A DNA stretch of 64,000 bases from an uncultured Gemmatimonadales bacterium (GCA_963821525.1 CAWGED010000005.1:928001-992000), one strand, 5' to 3'; positions 21,427-32,897 are shown, counted from the stretch's first letter. Numbers and translations are program-made. The notes: generated by a model not told the origin, from the letters alone.

Positions 21427-21501
21427 TTCCTGACCTCACTTGAATCCCCTAATCAAGTCGGCTAAGTTCTTGTCCTGTTTCTCCTTAGGATAAGCCACCG
21501 A

Positions 21502-21905
21502 ATGCCGACGTACGAGTACCAATGCCCTGAAGGGCATGAGTTCGAGCTGTTCCAGAAGATGTCCGAGAAGCCGCGTGCCAAGTGCCCCGTATGCGGGAAA
21601 ATGGCCACCCGGAAGATCTCGGGCGGGGCCGGTCTCGTCTTCAAGGGCTCGGGCTTCTACATCACCGACTACGGGAAGGACGGAAAGGGACCGCGGAAGG
21701 CGGACAAGGCGGACGCGGCGGACAAGCCTGCCCCGAGCGGAAGCGAGGGGGGGCGGCGGACAAGTCGGACAGGGCGGACAAGCATGCCCCGAGCGGAAGC
21801 GAGGGGGCGGGTAAAGCGGACCAGCCTGCTCCCAAGGCCGACTCGAAGACCGACTCGACCCCGGCCAAATCCCATAAGCCCCAAAAGAAGAAAGCCGGCG
21901 AGTGA
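21502..21905 (+). CDS. FmdB family zinc-ribbon protein with low-complexity tail (frameshifted)
   Basis: MPTYEYQC..GHEFE..Q......CPVCG...FKGSGFYITDY. Confidence 0.9.
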
Positions 21906-23540
21906 GCGATCTCATTCGGGAGGAGCTGCAGCGCGTCGCCGAGGTGCTGGGAGGCAACGGGGCGAGCTTCGTGCTGGAGCGGCCGCGGGACCAGGGTCAC
22001 GGCGACCTGGCGACCAATCTCGCCATGGTGCTCGCCAAGGAGCTCAAGCAGAAACCCCGCGATCTCGCCCGCCGGGTGATCGAGGAGATCAAGCTCCCCT
22101 CCTCGGTCATCTCGAAGATGGAGATCGCCGGGCCCGGCTTCATCAACTTCTGGCTGGCGGCCGACGAGCTGTCTGCGCTCCTCGCGACCATTCTCGCCCA
22201 GGGCGCGGCCTATGGTCGCAGCGAAATGGGCCGCGGCCTCCGGGTCAACGTCGAGTTCGTCTCCGCCAATCCCACCGGACCGCTCCACGTGGGGCACGGT
22301 CGCGGTGCTGCGCTGGGTGATGCGATCGCCGCCCTGCTCCAGGCGACCGGCCACGAGGTCGTGCGCGAGTTCTACATCAACGACGCCGGTACCCAGATCG
22401 ACAAGCTGGCCCAGAGCCTCTGGGCCCGGGTGCAGCAGGCGGTGGGGCGAAGCGCCGAGGTTCCCGAGGGCGGCTATCACGGCTTGTACCTGAAGGAGAC
22501 CGCGGAACAGATCCTGGCACAGGAAGGCAGAGGCTTCGCCGATCTGCCGGAGGCGGAAGGGTCTCGAGCGTTGCCGCGCGATCGCGCTCATCACTCAGCG
22601 CCAGGAACAAGACGCGCTGCTCGCCGATTTCGGGGTCCGCTTCGAGGTGATGACCTCCGAGCAGTCGATCTACGATTCCGGCAAGGCGCAGCACGCGCTC
22701 GATGTCGTCGCCAAGCGGGGACTCACCTACGAGCAGGAAGGCGCCCTCTGGATCCGAACCTCCGACTTCGGAGACGACAAGGACCGGGTGCTTCGCAAGA
22801 GCGATGGCTCCTACACCTACCTCGCCCCCGACATCGCCTATCACCTCGACAAGCTGGAGCGGGGATTCCAGCGCGCGATTGACGTCTGGGGCGCCGATCA
22901 CCACGGCTACGTGCCGCGGCTCCGCTCGCTCCTCAAGGCGATGGGGGCACCCGATGACTTCTTCGAAGTGGCGCTGGTCCAGCTGGTGAAGGTGGTCCGG
23001 GGCGGGGAAGAGGTGAAGATGTCGAAGCGCTCCGGCGAGTTCGTCACCCTGCGGGACCTGCTCGACGAAGTCGGCGTGGACGCCGCCCGTTACTTTTTCC
23101 TGATGCGACAGGGCAGCTCACCCTTCACCTTCGATGTGGAGCTGGCCACCCGGCACACCGACGAGAACCCGGTCTACTACGTCCAGATGGCGCATGCCCG
23201 GATGAGCGGCATCTTCCGGGTGGCGGAGCGGGACCCTGAGTCGGTCTCGGGAGACGTGAGCCTGGAGGCGCTCCCGGCGCCCGAGGACCTGGAGCTGCTC
23301 AAGAAACTCGCGGTCTACCCCGAAGTCGTGGCCAAGGCCGCGCGAATGCGGGAGCCGCACCGGGTCACCGATTACCTGGAAGACCTCGCTCGCCTCGCCC
23401 ACGGCTGGTACCACAAGTGCCGAGTGCTCGGCGAACCACCTGCGACCGAGGCGGCGCGTCTCGCCCTCGCCCGTGCCGCCCGCATCGTGCTGGGCAACGG
23501 CCTCTCGCTGCTCGGCATCACCGCACCGGATCGGATGTGA
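21902..23540 (+). CDS. argS: Arginine--tRNA ligase (frameshift near 22560)
   Basis: VEFVSANPTGPLHVGHGRG (HIGH motif), WGADHHGY, KMSKRSG, NPVYYVQMAHAR. Confidence 0.96.
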
Positions 23541-23541
23541 T

Positions 23542-24463
23542 ATGAGCCTGCTTGTCGTCGGCAGTGTCGCGCTGGACTCGATCTCCACTCCCTTCGGTGA
23601 GGTGACCGACGCCCTGGGCGGCTCCGCGGTGTATTTCAGCGCCGCGGCATCGCTGCTCGGTCCGGTTCGCGTGGTCGGTGTGGTCGGCAACGACTATCCC
23701 GGTCGCCCAATTGCAACGGATCCGTCCCGGGGTAATCGACTGGTCGGGGGTCGAATCCCAGAAAGGGGAGAGCTTCCGCTGGAAGGGGAAGTATTCCTTC
23801 GACTTGAGCAGCAGAGAGACCCTCGACACCCGGCTCGGCGTCTTCGCCAACTTCCGCCCGTCGCTGCCGCCTTCGTTCGCCGCGACGCCGTTCGTCTTCC
23901 TCGGCAACATCGATCCCGAGCTGCAGCTCTCGGTCTTGAACCAGATGGAGCGGCCCAAGCTCGTCGCCTGCGACTCGATGAATTACTGGATCGAGAGCAA
24001 GAAGCCCCAGCTGCTGGAGGTGCTGAAGCGGGTGGACACGCTGCTGCTCAACGACAGCGAGCTGCGCGAACTCTCGGGAGACTGGAACGTGCACCGGGCC
24101 GGTCGCTGGGTCCTCGGTCGAGGCCCCCGTCGTGTGGTGGTGAAGCGGGGGGAATACGGCGCGCTGCTGATCGAGCCGGGGAAGACGTTCTTCGTCCCAG
24201 CGTTTCCGCTCGAGGAGGTGTTCGATCCGACCGGTGCAGGAGACTCCTTCGCCGGCGGATTCCTGGGTTACCTCGCCCGAACCGGCGATCTCTCGAGCGA
24301 GGGACTGCGTCGAGCGATGGTCTGCGGCGCCGTCATGGGCTCATACGCCGTCGCCAAGTTCTCCATCAGCGGATTCGACGGGGTGACGCCCGTATCGCTG
24401 CAAAAGCGGATCGCCGAGTTCCATGAACTGACCCAGGTCGATCTCGCGGGAACCATCGGATGA
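23542..24463 (+). CDS. PfkB-family carbohydrate/nucleoside kinase (frameshift near 23700)
   Basis: VVGSVALD..TPFG..LGGSA, DSMNYWI, DPTGAGDSFAGG. Confidence 0.92.
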
Positions 24464-25485
24464 CCGAACGGCAATACGCGGCCGCGGGCGTTGATCTGGA
24501 AAGCGCCGAGGCTGCGAAGGAACGAATTGGCCGGCTGGTGGCGGGGACCCGGACTGCGCTGTCTCTCGGACATGTCGGCGCCTTCGGTGGCATGGTCCGC
24601 GTTCCACCCGGGATGCGGAAGCCGGCGTTGGTGCTGAGCACCGACGGTGTCGGCACCAAGGTCCTGGTGGCGCTTGAGGCCGGGCGCTTCGATACCGTGG
24701 GAGAAGACCTGGTCAACCACAGCGTCAACGACATCCTGGTTCACGCGGCGCGTCCAATCGCCTTCATGGATTACATCGCCGGGTCGGCGCTCACGGTAGA
24801 GCAGATCGCGGGAATCGTGGAAGGGATTGCCCGGGCCTGCCGAGCTCATGAAATGGCGCTGGCGGGCGGAGAAACGGCGCAGATGCCGGGACTCTACCAG
24901 CCCGGACACTACGATCTGGCGGGCACCATCATCGGAGTGGTCGAGGAAGACGAGGCGCTGCACGGAGACAAGATCCGCCCCGGCGATCTCCTGCTGGCGT
25001 ACGCGTCCACCGGGCTACACACCAATGGGTACACGCTCGCCCGCCGAATCATCTTCGACACTCTCAAGCTTTCAACTCGAGATCCCCTACCGGAAACCGG
25101 CCAGAGCGTCGCCGATGCGCTCCTGGCTGTTCACAAAAGCTACTTCAAGGCGGTGTTTCCGGTCTTACCGCACATCCATGGGTTGGCTCACATCACAGGC
25201 GGCGGAATTCCCGGAAATTTGGTGCGGATCTTGCCCCCGGGTTGTGAAGCTGTTGTGCAGCAACGCAGTTGGGCGCTGCCCCCCTTATTCCGGCTCTTGC
25301 AGGGCGCCGGAAAGGTGTCGTCCGCCGAGATGCTGGATGTATTCAACCTCGGTGTAGGAATGATCGCCGTGCTGCCCCCGGCCGACATTAGCGCGGCGCA
25401 GCGTGCGGCGGCGGACGACGGAATCAAGACGTGGCTGCTGGGCGAGATCCGCTCGGGGTCCCGGGGGGTGACAATCATCGACTGA
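24460..25485 (+). CDS. purM: Phosphoribosylformylglycinamidine cyclo-ligase
   Basis: YAAAGVD, STDGVGTK, GGETAQMPG, GLHTNGY, AHITGGG, FNLGVGM. Confidence 0.96.
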   Translation: MTERQYAAAGVDLESAEAAKERIGRLVAGTRTALSLGHVGAFGGMVRVPPGMRKPALVLSTDGVGTKVLVALEAGRFDTVGEDLVNHSVNDILVHAARPIAFMDYIAGSALTVEQIAGIVEGIARACRAHEMALAGGETAQMPGLYQPGHYDLAGTIIGVVEEDEALHGDKIRPGDLLLAYASTGLHTNGYTLARRIIFDTLKLSTRDPLPETGQSVADALLAVHKSYFKAVFPVLPHIHGLAHITGGGIPGNLVRILPPGCEAVVQQRSWALPPLFRLLQGAGKVSSAEMLDVFNLGVGMIAVLPPADISAAQRAAADDGIKTWLLGEIRSGSRGVTIID

Positions 25486-25501
25486 TTCAGGAGGTCCCCT
25501 C

Positions 25502-26455
25502 ATGCGTAGCCGTATCGGCGTCTTGTTCGCCGGCCTTTTGCTGCTCCCCACGACATCACTCCTGGCGCAGAACCCGCAATGCGGCGCCTACTTGGGTAAC
25601 GACGCCAACATCTGTAATGCAGCCATTGATGGCGCTGTATTGTTTCATCCAGTTGCCGGCATACTGGTGAGCGGCGGCAATCCGACGCTCGGCAGCGTGG
25701 GGACGTTGGGAGGCTTCCCCCACTTCACGATTTCGGCGCGAGTAAACGCCACCAAATTTCATCTCCCCGATCTGAATTACAACGGCACCGGCACCACGGT
25801 GGCCTCCGCGGACGAGGTCGTGGCACCGGCCCCCCTGGTCGAAGCCTCGCTCGGCATCTTCCGGGGCATGGGCAATGGCTTGCTGGCGATCGACCTGCTG
25901 GGCTCCGCTCAGCTGCTTCCCACGAACGCGATCGACAATTTCAGTGTGGACAAGGACGCTACCTCGATCGGAGACGTCGCCTTGGGGTTTGGTTTCGGCG
26001 CCCGGGTTGGGGTGACCAATCAGATGGGGGCGATTCCGGCGATTTCGGTTTCCGCGATGCGCCGCAGCATTCCCGAGGTGAGATACGGTGACGTCACCCA
26101 GGGCGACGAATACCGTTTCGGCGTGGACCTGGACGCGACCAACCTCCGCGCGATGGCGGGCTATGGCTTCGGTGTCGCGAGCATCGGCGGCGGACTGGGC
26201 TGGGACAAGTACACCGGCAACGCCGACATCGAATTCATCCCGACGATCGGTCCGGCTCAAGTCGTTGTCAAGGATCTCGACCAGGAACGGACGCTTGCCT
26301 TCCTGGATGCGGGACTCAACTTCGGCGTGCTCAACCTGGTGGGTGAGGTCGGCTGGCAGTTCGGGAAAGACCTGAATCTCAGCACCACCTTCGAGGACAA
26401 CGACCCCAAGGACAGCCGCCTGTTCGGTTCGGCGGCGCTCAGCTTCACCTTCTAG
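25502..26455 (+). CDS. Hypothetical outer-membrane protein
   Basis: Signal peptide, beta-strand pattern and C-terminal Phe. Confidence 0.7.
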   Translation: MRSRIGVLFAGLLLLPTTSLLAQNPQCGAYLGNDANICNAAIDGAVLFHPVAGILVSGGNPTLGSVGTLGGFPHFTISARVNATKFHLPDLNYNGTGTTVASADEVVAPAPLVEASLGIFRGMGNGLLAIDLLGSAQLLPTNAIDNFSVDKDATSIGDVALGFGFGARVGVTNQMGAIPAISVSAMRRSIPEVRYGDVTQGDEYRFGVDLDATNLRAMAGYGFGVASIGGGLGWDKYTGNADIEFIPTIGPAQVVVKDLDQERTLAFLDAGLNFGVLNLVGEVGWQFGKDLNLSTTFEDNDPKDSRLFGSAALSFTF

Positions 26456-26477
26456 TAGAACTTGAACCTGGTTTCAA

Positions 26478-26510
26478 CGAGGCCCGGCAGGCGCCGGGCC
26501 TCGCTGTTAT
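26478..26510 (+). terminator. Probable intrinsic terminator
   Basis: 11-bp stem cgaggcccggc/gccgggcctcg followed by ctgttatt. Confidence 0.6.
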
Positions 26511-26553
26511 TCCGCCCTTGTCAGCCCGCAGATCGTAGCAGATCTTCCGCTCT

Positions 26554-27646
26554 GTGAATCAATTCGATGCAATGGGCCGGGCCCTCGAACTCGCCTGGAA
26601 TGGGTGGGGTCGGGTGGCGCCGAACCCGCTGGTCGGCGCTGTGGTGCTCCAAGGAGATGAGCTAGTCGGGGAAGGGTTTCACGCCGAGTTCGGCGAGCGG
26701 CACGCCGAGGTTGCGGCACTGGAGGCGGCGGGCTCTCGGGCGGCGGGAAGCACCGTCCTCGTCACCCTGGAACCCTGCAATCACCAGGGAAAGCAGCCGC
26801 CCTGTACTGGGGCACTCATCAAGGCCGGCGTGCGCGAAGTCATCGCCGCCGTCGCCGATCCCAATCCCGAAGCGGGCGGTGGCGCGGCAGCTCTGATCTC
26901 CCAGGGCATCAAGGTCGAAATCGGGCTCCGCGCCGAGGAGGCCTCGCGCCAGAACGCGGCATTCCTGCACCAGTTCACCGGGACCGAGCGCCCCTTCGTC
27001 GCCCTCAAGCTGGCCACCACTCTCGACGGCAAGATCGCGGACCACGCCGGCCGCTCCCGCTGGATCTCGGGGGCCAAGGCCCGGGAGTTCGTGCACTGGC
27101 TCCGGGCCGGTTACGATGCGATCGGTGTCGGTGGTTATACCGCCCGGACCGATGACGCGTCGCTCACCGCCCGGGGAAGTGTGGAACCCAGGATCCCTGC
27201 CCAAACGCGTGGTATTCGACCGGCTGGGAGATCTTCCCGCCAGCCTCACCCTGGTGAAGACCGCGCGGGAGATTCCCACGCTTCTCCTCACCACTCCGCA
27301 GGCGTCTCCCGCCAAGGTGGACGCACTCGAATCAGCCGGGGTCGAGGTGCACCAGAGCGCGTCGCTCACCGCCGCACTGGGCCTGCTGGGACGGCAAGGG
27401 GTGCAATCAATGCTGGTCGAGGGAGGGGGCCGCATGGCCGGAGCGCTGCTCGCCGAAGGTCTGGTGGATCGCTATTACTGGATTCAATCCCCAGTCTGGC
27501 TCGGCGACGGTGGCATTCCCGCGGTCGAAGGGTTTCCGGGTTCCCGCCTGATGGAGGCGGAGCGCTGGCAGGTGGTCGAGCGCCGTGCGCTGGGAGAGGA
27601 CACACTCCTCGTGGTGGATCGGGCGGGATGTTTACCGGAATCGTGA
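26554..27646 (+). CDS. ribD: Bifunctional riboflavin deaminase/reductase (frameshift near 27200)
   Basis: PNPLVGAV, HAEV, TLEPCNHQGKQPPC, KLATTLDG, SRWISG, LVEGGG. Confidence 0.95.
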
Positions 27647-28218
27647 CCGCGGTCGGCAGCGTTCGACGCGCGACTCAGGGCTCCGACGGACTGAGCCTCG
27701 AGATCGCGGCACCGTATACCGATCTCGCGGCGGGCGAGAGCATCGCCGTGGATGGCGCCTGCCTCACCGTGGAGCGGATGGGAGAGGGGTGGTTCTCGGT
27801 CCACGTGATCAAGACCTCGCTCGACCGCACCAACTTCGGATCGCTGGAGGCGGGCCGCAGCGTGAACCTGGAGCGTGCCCTCCAGGTCGGGGATCGACTG
27901 GGCGGGCACCTGGTGCAGGGTCACGTTGACGGTGTGGGGACCGTGGAGCGGGTAAGCCAGCAACAGGACGCCCGGCTCCTCGACATCCGCGCCCCCGCCG
28001 AAGTGGCGCAAGTCTCTATTCCACTAGGGTCTGTGACGGTGGACGGGGTCAGCCTGACGGTTAACGCCTTACCGGCGCCGAATTTGATCCAGGTCTCCCT
28101 CATCCCGTTTACTTTACAGCATACGACCCTTGGCCAACGGCAGGCCGGAGATAGGGTGCATCTGGAGGCGGACACGGTCGGCAAGTACGTCAGGCATTTG
28201 CTAAAGGAGAGGGAGTAA
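27628..28218 (+). CDS. ribE: Riboflavin synthase
   Basis: MFTGIV, SIAVDGACLTV, VNLERAL..GDRLGGHLVQGHVD. Confidence 0.96.
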   Translation: MFTGIVTAVGSVRRATQGSDGLSLEIAAPYTDLAAGESIAVDGACLTVERMGEGWFSVHVIKTSLDRTNFGSLEAGRSVNLERALQVGDRLGGHLVQGHVDGVGTVERVSQQQDARLLDIRAPAEVAQVSIPLGSVTVDGVSLTVNALPAPNLIQVSLIPFTLQHTTLGQRQAGDRVHLEADTVGKYVRHLLKERE

Positions 28219-28220
28219 TC

Positions 28221-28319
28221 AGTACCTAGTACCGAGTACCTAGCGAGTACCTAGTACCGAGTACCTAGACCGGTTCTGGCTATTGGCTAACGGCTAATAG
28301 CTAACAGCTAACAGCTAAC
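28221..28319. repeat. Heptamer microsatellites (AGTACCK)n and (GCTAACA)n inside the rib operon
   Basis: agtacctagtaccgagtacctag occurs twice, then ggctaacggctaatagctaacagctaacagctaac directly before the ribBA ATG. Confidence 0.8.
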
Positions 28320-28322
28320 ACC

Positions 28323-29529
28323 ATGACCTTCGGCACCATCGAGCAAGCCATCGAAGACCTCCGGAACGGCAAACTCATCATCGTCGCCGATGACGAGGAC
28401 CGGGAGAACGAGGGCGACCTGATCTGCGCGGCAGAGCTGGTCACCCCCGAGATGGTCAATTTCATGATCACCCACGCTCGCGGCTGGGTGTGTCTCGCCC
28501 TGACGCACGAGCGGTGCGACGAGTTGGGTCTCCAGCAGATGGAGAGCCAGAACTCCGAGTCGATGCGGACGGCGTTCACCGTCACCATCGATGCGGATCA
28601 TCGCTTCGGCGTCACCACTGGCATCTCAGCCTCCGACCGGGCCAAGACGATTCACGTCGCCATCAATCCCGCGACGATCCCTTCCGATCTCCACCGTCCG
28701 GGACACGTGAACCCGGTGCGGGCCCGTCCCGGTGGCGTGCTGCAGCGCGTTGGACATACCGAGGCCGCGGTGGATCTGGCTCGGCTCGCCGGTCTTTATC
28801 CGGCCGGAGTGATCTGCGAGGTGCTCAATCAGGATGGGTCCAGCGCTCGGCGGCCTCAGCTCGAGGCTTTCGCGGAGCAGTACGGTCTCACATTTGTCAC
28901 GGTCGCCCAGCTGGTGGCCTACCGGCTCCGGATGGAGCAGCTGGTTCATCGTCTCGCCGAGGCGAAACTGCCGACCAAGTACGGCGAGTTCACCATCATC
29001 GGCTACAGCAACGATGTGGACCAGGCTCAGCACGTCGCACTGGTGATGGGTGATGTCGCGGGCAAACCCAACATCCTGGTGCGGATGCACTCCAAGTGTC
29101 TGACCGGAGATGTCTTCGGCTCCGAGCGTTGCGACTGTGGTCTCCAGTTGAGTCTCGCGATGGAAAAGATCGGCGGCCGAGGGTGCCGGAGTCATCGTCT
29201 ATCTGGATCAGGAGGGGCGGGGCATCGGGCTGCTCAACAAGCTCAAGGCCTACGCCCTGCAGGATGCCGGCGCGGATACGGTGCAGGCCAATCAGAAGCT
29301 GGGTTTCGCGCCGGATCTTCGGAACTACGGAATCGGCGCCCAGATCCTCCGGGACCTGGGTCTTTCTTCCATCCGCGTCATGACCAACAATCCCCGCAAG
29401 CTGGTCGGCCTCGAGGGGTACGGCCTGGAAATCGTGGAACGCATTCCTCTCGTCACCGATCCCAACCTCCAGAACCGGGCTTACCTCGACGCCAAGCGGG
29501 ACAAGCTCGGGCATCTCCTCACTCACTGA
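28323..29529 (+). CDS. ribBA: DHBP synthase / GTP cyclohydrolase II (frameshift near 29175)
   Basis: [54 protein letters not shown]. Confidence 0.96.
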
Positions 29530-29532
29530 TCC

Positions 29533-30006
29533 GTGGCTGAATTTCGTGGCCGGCTGCGCGCCATCGGGCGCGTCGCGGTCCTGGTGAGTCTCTACAACGA
29601 GCTCGTGACGGCGAAGCTGCTCGAAGGGGCGCTCGCGTGCTGCCGTGAAGCCGGTATTCCGGAAACGGACGTCGACGTGGTCTGGCTTCCGGGCGCATTC
29701 GAGCTGGGCGCCGCCGCCTCGGTGGCGGCGGAGAGCGGACGTTACGCCGCCATCGTGGCACTGGGGGCGGTGATCCGTGGCGAGACGGCGCATTTCCATT
29801 ACGTCGCAGGCGAGGCCGCGCGCGGGCTCAATGAGGTCGCAGTCCGGACCGGCATTCCGGTGGGGTTCGGCGTGCTCACCACGGATGACCTGGAACAGGC
29901 GCTGGCTCGCGCCGGCGGTGCTGCGGGGAACAAGGGACACGAAGCGGCCGAGGCGGCGCTCACGGCAGCCGACGTGCTGGCGCAGATTCGAGCCAGCCGT
30001 GCTTAG
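29533..30006 (+). CDS. ribH: 6,7-dimethyl-8-ribityllumazine synthase
   Basis: PGAFEL, LGAVIRGETAHF, FGVLT, GNKG.EAA. Confidence 0.95.
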   Translation: MAEFRGRLRAIGRVAVLVSLYNELVTAKLLEGALACCREAGIPETDVDVVWLPGAFELGAAASVAAESGRYAAIVALGAVIRGETAHFHYVAGEAARGLNEVAVRTGIPVGFGVLTTDDLEQALARAGGAAGNKGHEAAEAALTAADVLAQIRASRA

Positions 30007-30412
30007 AGCGGAGACCAAGGCGCGGGCCCGTGCGCTGCAGATGCTCTATGCGTGGGAGCTGACCGGCAATCTGCCTATTGCGGAGACCGCCACTCGGCTC
30101 GCACGGTTGACGGGCCCCGACCCCCTCGTGTTCGATCGTGCCGAGGCGCTCGCGACCGGAGTGGTCGCCGCGGCGGAGAGCCTGGACCGGGAAACCGAGG
30201 CCGCGGCCGATAACTGGCGGCTCAGCCGCATCGGCACCGTGGAGCGGAACATTCTGCGTCTCGCGACCTACGAGCTGCGACTGGGAGAAGAACCGCCCAA
30301 GGTCGTCATCAACGAAGCGGTGCAACTGGCGCACTGGTTCGCCGGTGCGAAGGCTCCGGCCTTCATCAACGGTGTGCTGGACCGGATCGCTCATTCGCTG
30401 GGTCGCTTGTGA
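29999..30412 (+). CDS. nusB: Transcription antitermination factor NusB
   Basis: ARARALQMLYAWE, NWRLSRI..VERNILRL, VINEAV.LA, FINGVLD. Confidence 0.95.
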   Translation: MLRAETKARARALQMLYAWELTGNLPIAETATRLARLTGPDPLVFDRAEALATGVVAAAESLDRETEAAADNWRLSRIGTVERNILRLATYELRLGEEPPKVVINEAVQLAHWFAGAKAPAFINGVLDRIAHSLGRL

Positions 30413-31599
30413 ACATCCTGCTGGTGAACTGGCAGGATCGGGAAAATCCCCATGCGGGAGGCGCCGAGATCCATCTGTTCGAGATCTTCGGTCGTCTTGC
30501 GGCACGAGGGCACCGGATCCGGCTGGTCGCCTCGGGCTGGCGGGGTTGTGCTCCGCGTGCCATGCTGGATGGTATCGATATTCAGCGCGTGGGAGAGCGG
30601 AACAGTTTCGCACTTCATGGACGGGGAGCAGTCCGGCGTGCGCTCCGGGCGGAACGACCCGACGTAGTGATCGAGGACATCAACAAGATCCCGCTGTTCC
30701 TCGCGGGACTTACCGACTTGCCGCTGGGCGTCATCATTCCTCATCTGTTCGGTACCACGGTATTTCAGGAGGCCCCATGGCCCATGGCGGCGCTGGTCTG
30801 GCTGCTGGAGCGGCCGATTCCCGCGGCATACCGTCGAGCGGGATTCCACGCCATCAGCGACAGCACCCGAGATGACCTCGTGGCTCGAGGAGTTCCCCGG
30901 GACCAGATCACCGTGATCCGTCCCGGCATCGACGCGAACGCCTTCCGGCCCGACCCGTCCGTGCCTCGCAGCGCACCGCCATCTTTCCTTTATGTAGGGC
31001 GACTGCGACGCTACAAGGGCGTGGATATTGCGATTCGGGCCCTGGCCGTGGCGCGAGAGCAACGACCCGACATCGAATTGGATATCGCGGGGACCGGGGC
31101 CGACCGCCCACGACTCGAAGCGCTCGCAGAACAGCTCCGCGTGAAGGGCGCGGTACGCTTCCGGGGCTTCGTGAGCGAGGCGGAAAAATTGCGTCTGTTA
31201 CGGAGCACCTGGGCCAACGTTTTCCCCTCGCCCAAAGAAGGGTGGGGCATCACCAACATCGAGGCCGCCGCGTCAGGCACGCCCTCTCTAGCCTCGGATA
31301 GTCCGGGGCTGCGAGATTCGGTTCGGGACGGCGAAACCGGATTCCTGGTGCCTCACGGCGACGTAAACGCGATGGCCGCCCGCATGGTGGAACTGGCGGG
31401 CGATCAGGCCCTGGTGAATCGCCTCGGCGTTGGAGCCCGCCGTTTCGCCGAATCCCTGAGCTGGGACGCCGCAGCGGACCAGACCGAGCGCTGGATCGAA
31501 GGATTGCTGGGCCATTCGGGGCAGTGGGCGGGGGCGGAGAACCGCAGGAACCAAGTCGAACCGTTGAATCTGAGCAGACCGATCGCCGAAAGCCGATAG
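30409..31599 (+). CDS. Glycosyltransferase family 4
   Basis: AGGAE, YVGRLRRYKG, EGWGITNIEA (ExxGxxxxE motif). Confidence 0.92.
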   Translation: MNILLVNWQDRENPHAGGAEIHLFEIFGRLAARGHRIRLVASGWRGCAPRAMLDGIDIQRVGERNSFALHGRGAVRRALRAERPDVVIEDINKIPLFLAGLTDLPLGVIIPHLFGTTVFQEAPWPMAALVWLLERPIPAAYRRAGFHAISDSTRDDLVARGVPRDQITVIRPGIDANAFRPDPSVPRSAPPSFLYVGRLRRYKGVDIAIRALAVAREQRPDIELDIAGTGADRPRLEALAEQLRVKGAVRFRGFVSEAEKLRLLRSTWANVFPSPKEGWGITNIEAAASGTPSLASDSPGLRDSVRDGETGFLVPHGDVNAMAARMVELAGDQALVNRLGVGARRFAESLSWDAAADQTERWIEGLLGHSGQWAGAENRRNQVEPLNLSRPIAESR

Positions 31600-31623
31600 C
31601 CTCTGACCATCTGTGGAGGTCTT

Positions 31624-31935
31624 ATGAACACTACCATCACCGCTCGCCATTGCGAGATTTCCGACGAATTGCGGACCCGGGCCGAGGAAGTTCTGGGTCG
31701 TTTGGGCAGCCTGACGGACCGTCCGGTGGACGGCGCCGTTGTCTTCGATGTCGCGCCCAACCTCTGGCAGGTTGAAATCAGACTGCACATCTCCCGCGGC
31801 GACATCTTCGTCGGAACCGGTGAGGAGAAGGACCACCGCACGGCGCTGGACCGGGCGGAAGAAAAAGTCCGCCGCCAGCTCGACAAGTTCGAGCCCGGCA
31901 AGAAGGGGCGGCGCCCATTGAAGGACGCCGTGTGA
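31624..31935 (+). CDS. hpf: Ribosome hibernation factor HPF/RaiA
   Basis: ITARH.EISDELR, ALDRAEEKVRRQL. Located before hprK. Confidence 0.85.
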   Translation: MNTTITARHCEISDELRTRAEEVLGRLGSLTDRPVDGAVVFDVAPNLWQVEIRLHISRGDIFVGTGEEKDHRTALDRAEEKVRRQLDKFEPGKKGRRPLKDAV

Positions 31936-32897
31936 CGATATCGCTGCGCGACCTGCTGTCGCGGCGGACCGATCCGCTACAACTCTCTCCGCTGACCGGG
32001 GACCTGGGGCTGGACCGGCCCATTCCCGACTCGGAGGTCGCGAGCCCCGGCCTGGCGCTGGCCGGTTACACCACCCGTTTCGCCCCGCGCCGGCTGCACG
32101 TCCTGGGCGAAACCGAAATCAGTTACCTGAATTCGCTCACTCCCGAAGAGAGACGCCAGCGGCTCGAGGCGTTCTTCAACTTCGACCTGCCCTGCGTCTT
32201 CGTGACCAAGGGGCAGGAGGTTCCCCGCGAGCTGCTCGATCTCGCCCGGGTTCGCGGGGTGCCGTTGCTGTTGAGCCAGCTCAAGACGGCGGAGTTCTAC
32301 CGCCGCATCAAGCCGCTGCTCGAAGAGGCGTTCGCTCCGCGCACCACTCTGCACGGCTCCCTCGCGGATGTGTACGGGGTTGGACTCCTGTTTGTCGGCC
32401 GTTCCGGTATCGGCAAGAGCGAATGCGTACTGGACCTGGTCGAGCGCGGACATCGTCTGGTGGCGGACGACGTGGTGCAGGTGACTCGCCGGGGCAGCGA
32501 TATCCTGATCGGCCAGGGTCATGAGCTGGCCGGCCACCACATGGAGATCCGCGGGATCGGCCTCATCGACATCCCCGCCTTGTTCGGCGTGCGGGCGGTC
32601 CGGCAGCAGAAGCGGATCGAAGTGGTGGTCCAGCTGGAAGACTGGGAGTCGGCCCAGGACGCCGACCGGACCGGCCTCGCCCAGCTCGAGACCACGATTC
32701 TCGAAGTTACGATTCCCAAGGTGATGATCCCGCTCAACCCGGGGAAGAACATCACCGTCATTTCCGAAGTGATCGCGATGATGCTCCTGCTCCGGTATTC
32801 CGGCGTGGATGTGGCCGCGGCATTCAACGAACGGTTGATCCGCCGGATGAAGGAGAAGCAGGGCGTGCGCGAGTATCTGGCCGAAGACTATGAGTGA
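31932..32897 (+). CDS. hprK: HPr kinase/phosphorylase
   Basis: PGLALAG, GRSGIGKSE, LVADD, MEIRGIG. Confidence 0.96.
   Translation: MTISLRDLLSRRTDPLQLSPLTGDLGLDRPIPDSEVASPGLALAGYTTRFAPRRLHVLGETEISYLNSLTPEERRQRLEAFFNFDLPCVFVTKGQEVPRELLDLARVRGVPLLLSQLKTAEFYRRIKPLLEEAFAPRTTLHGSLADVYGVGLLFVGRSGIGKSECVLDLVERGHRLVADDVVQVTRRGSDILIGQGHELAGHHMEIRGIGLIDIPALFGVRAVRQQKRIEVVVQLEDWESAQDADRTGLAQLETTILEVTIPKVMIPLNPGKNITVISEVIAMMLLLRYSGVDVAAAFNERLIRRMKEKQGVREYLAEDYE

Noticed and set aside
21238..21465. 75-aa ORF reading through the empty cassette units
   Set aside because: It arises because the arm carries an ATG and unit 4 is 147 bp. There is no independent evidence of a functional protein.
26456..26553. 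FMN riboswitch before ribD
   Set aside because: The region is too short and lacks the AGGGC..GAAATTCCCGACCG core. Only a terminator hairpin is present.
26554..28218. Apparent 554-aa RibD-RibE fusion ORF
   Set aside because: An indel near 27200 shifts ribD into the ribE frame. The RibD reductase half is in ORF 27116-27646 and ribE has its own MFTG start.
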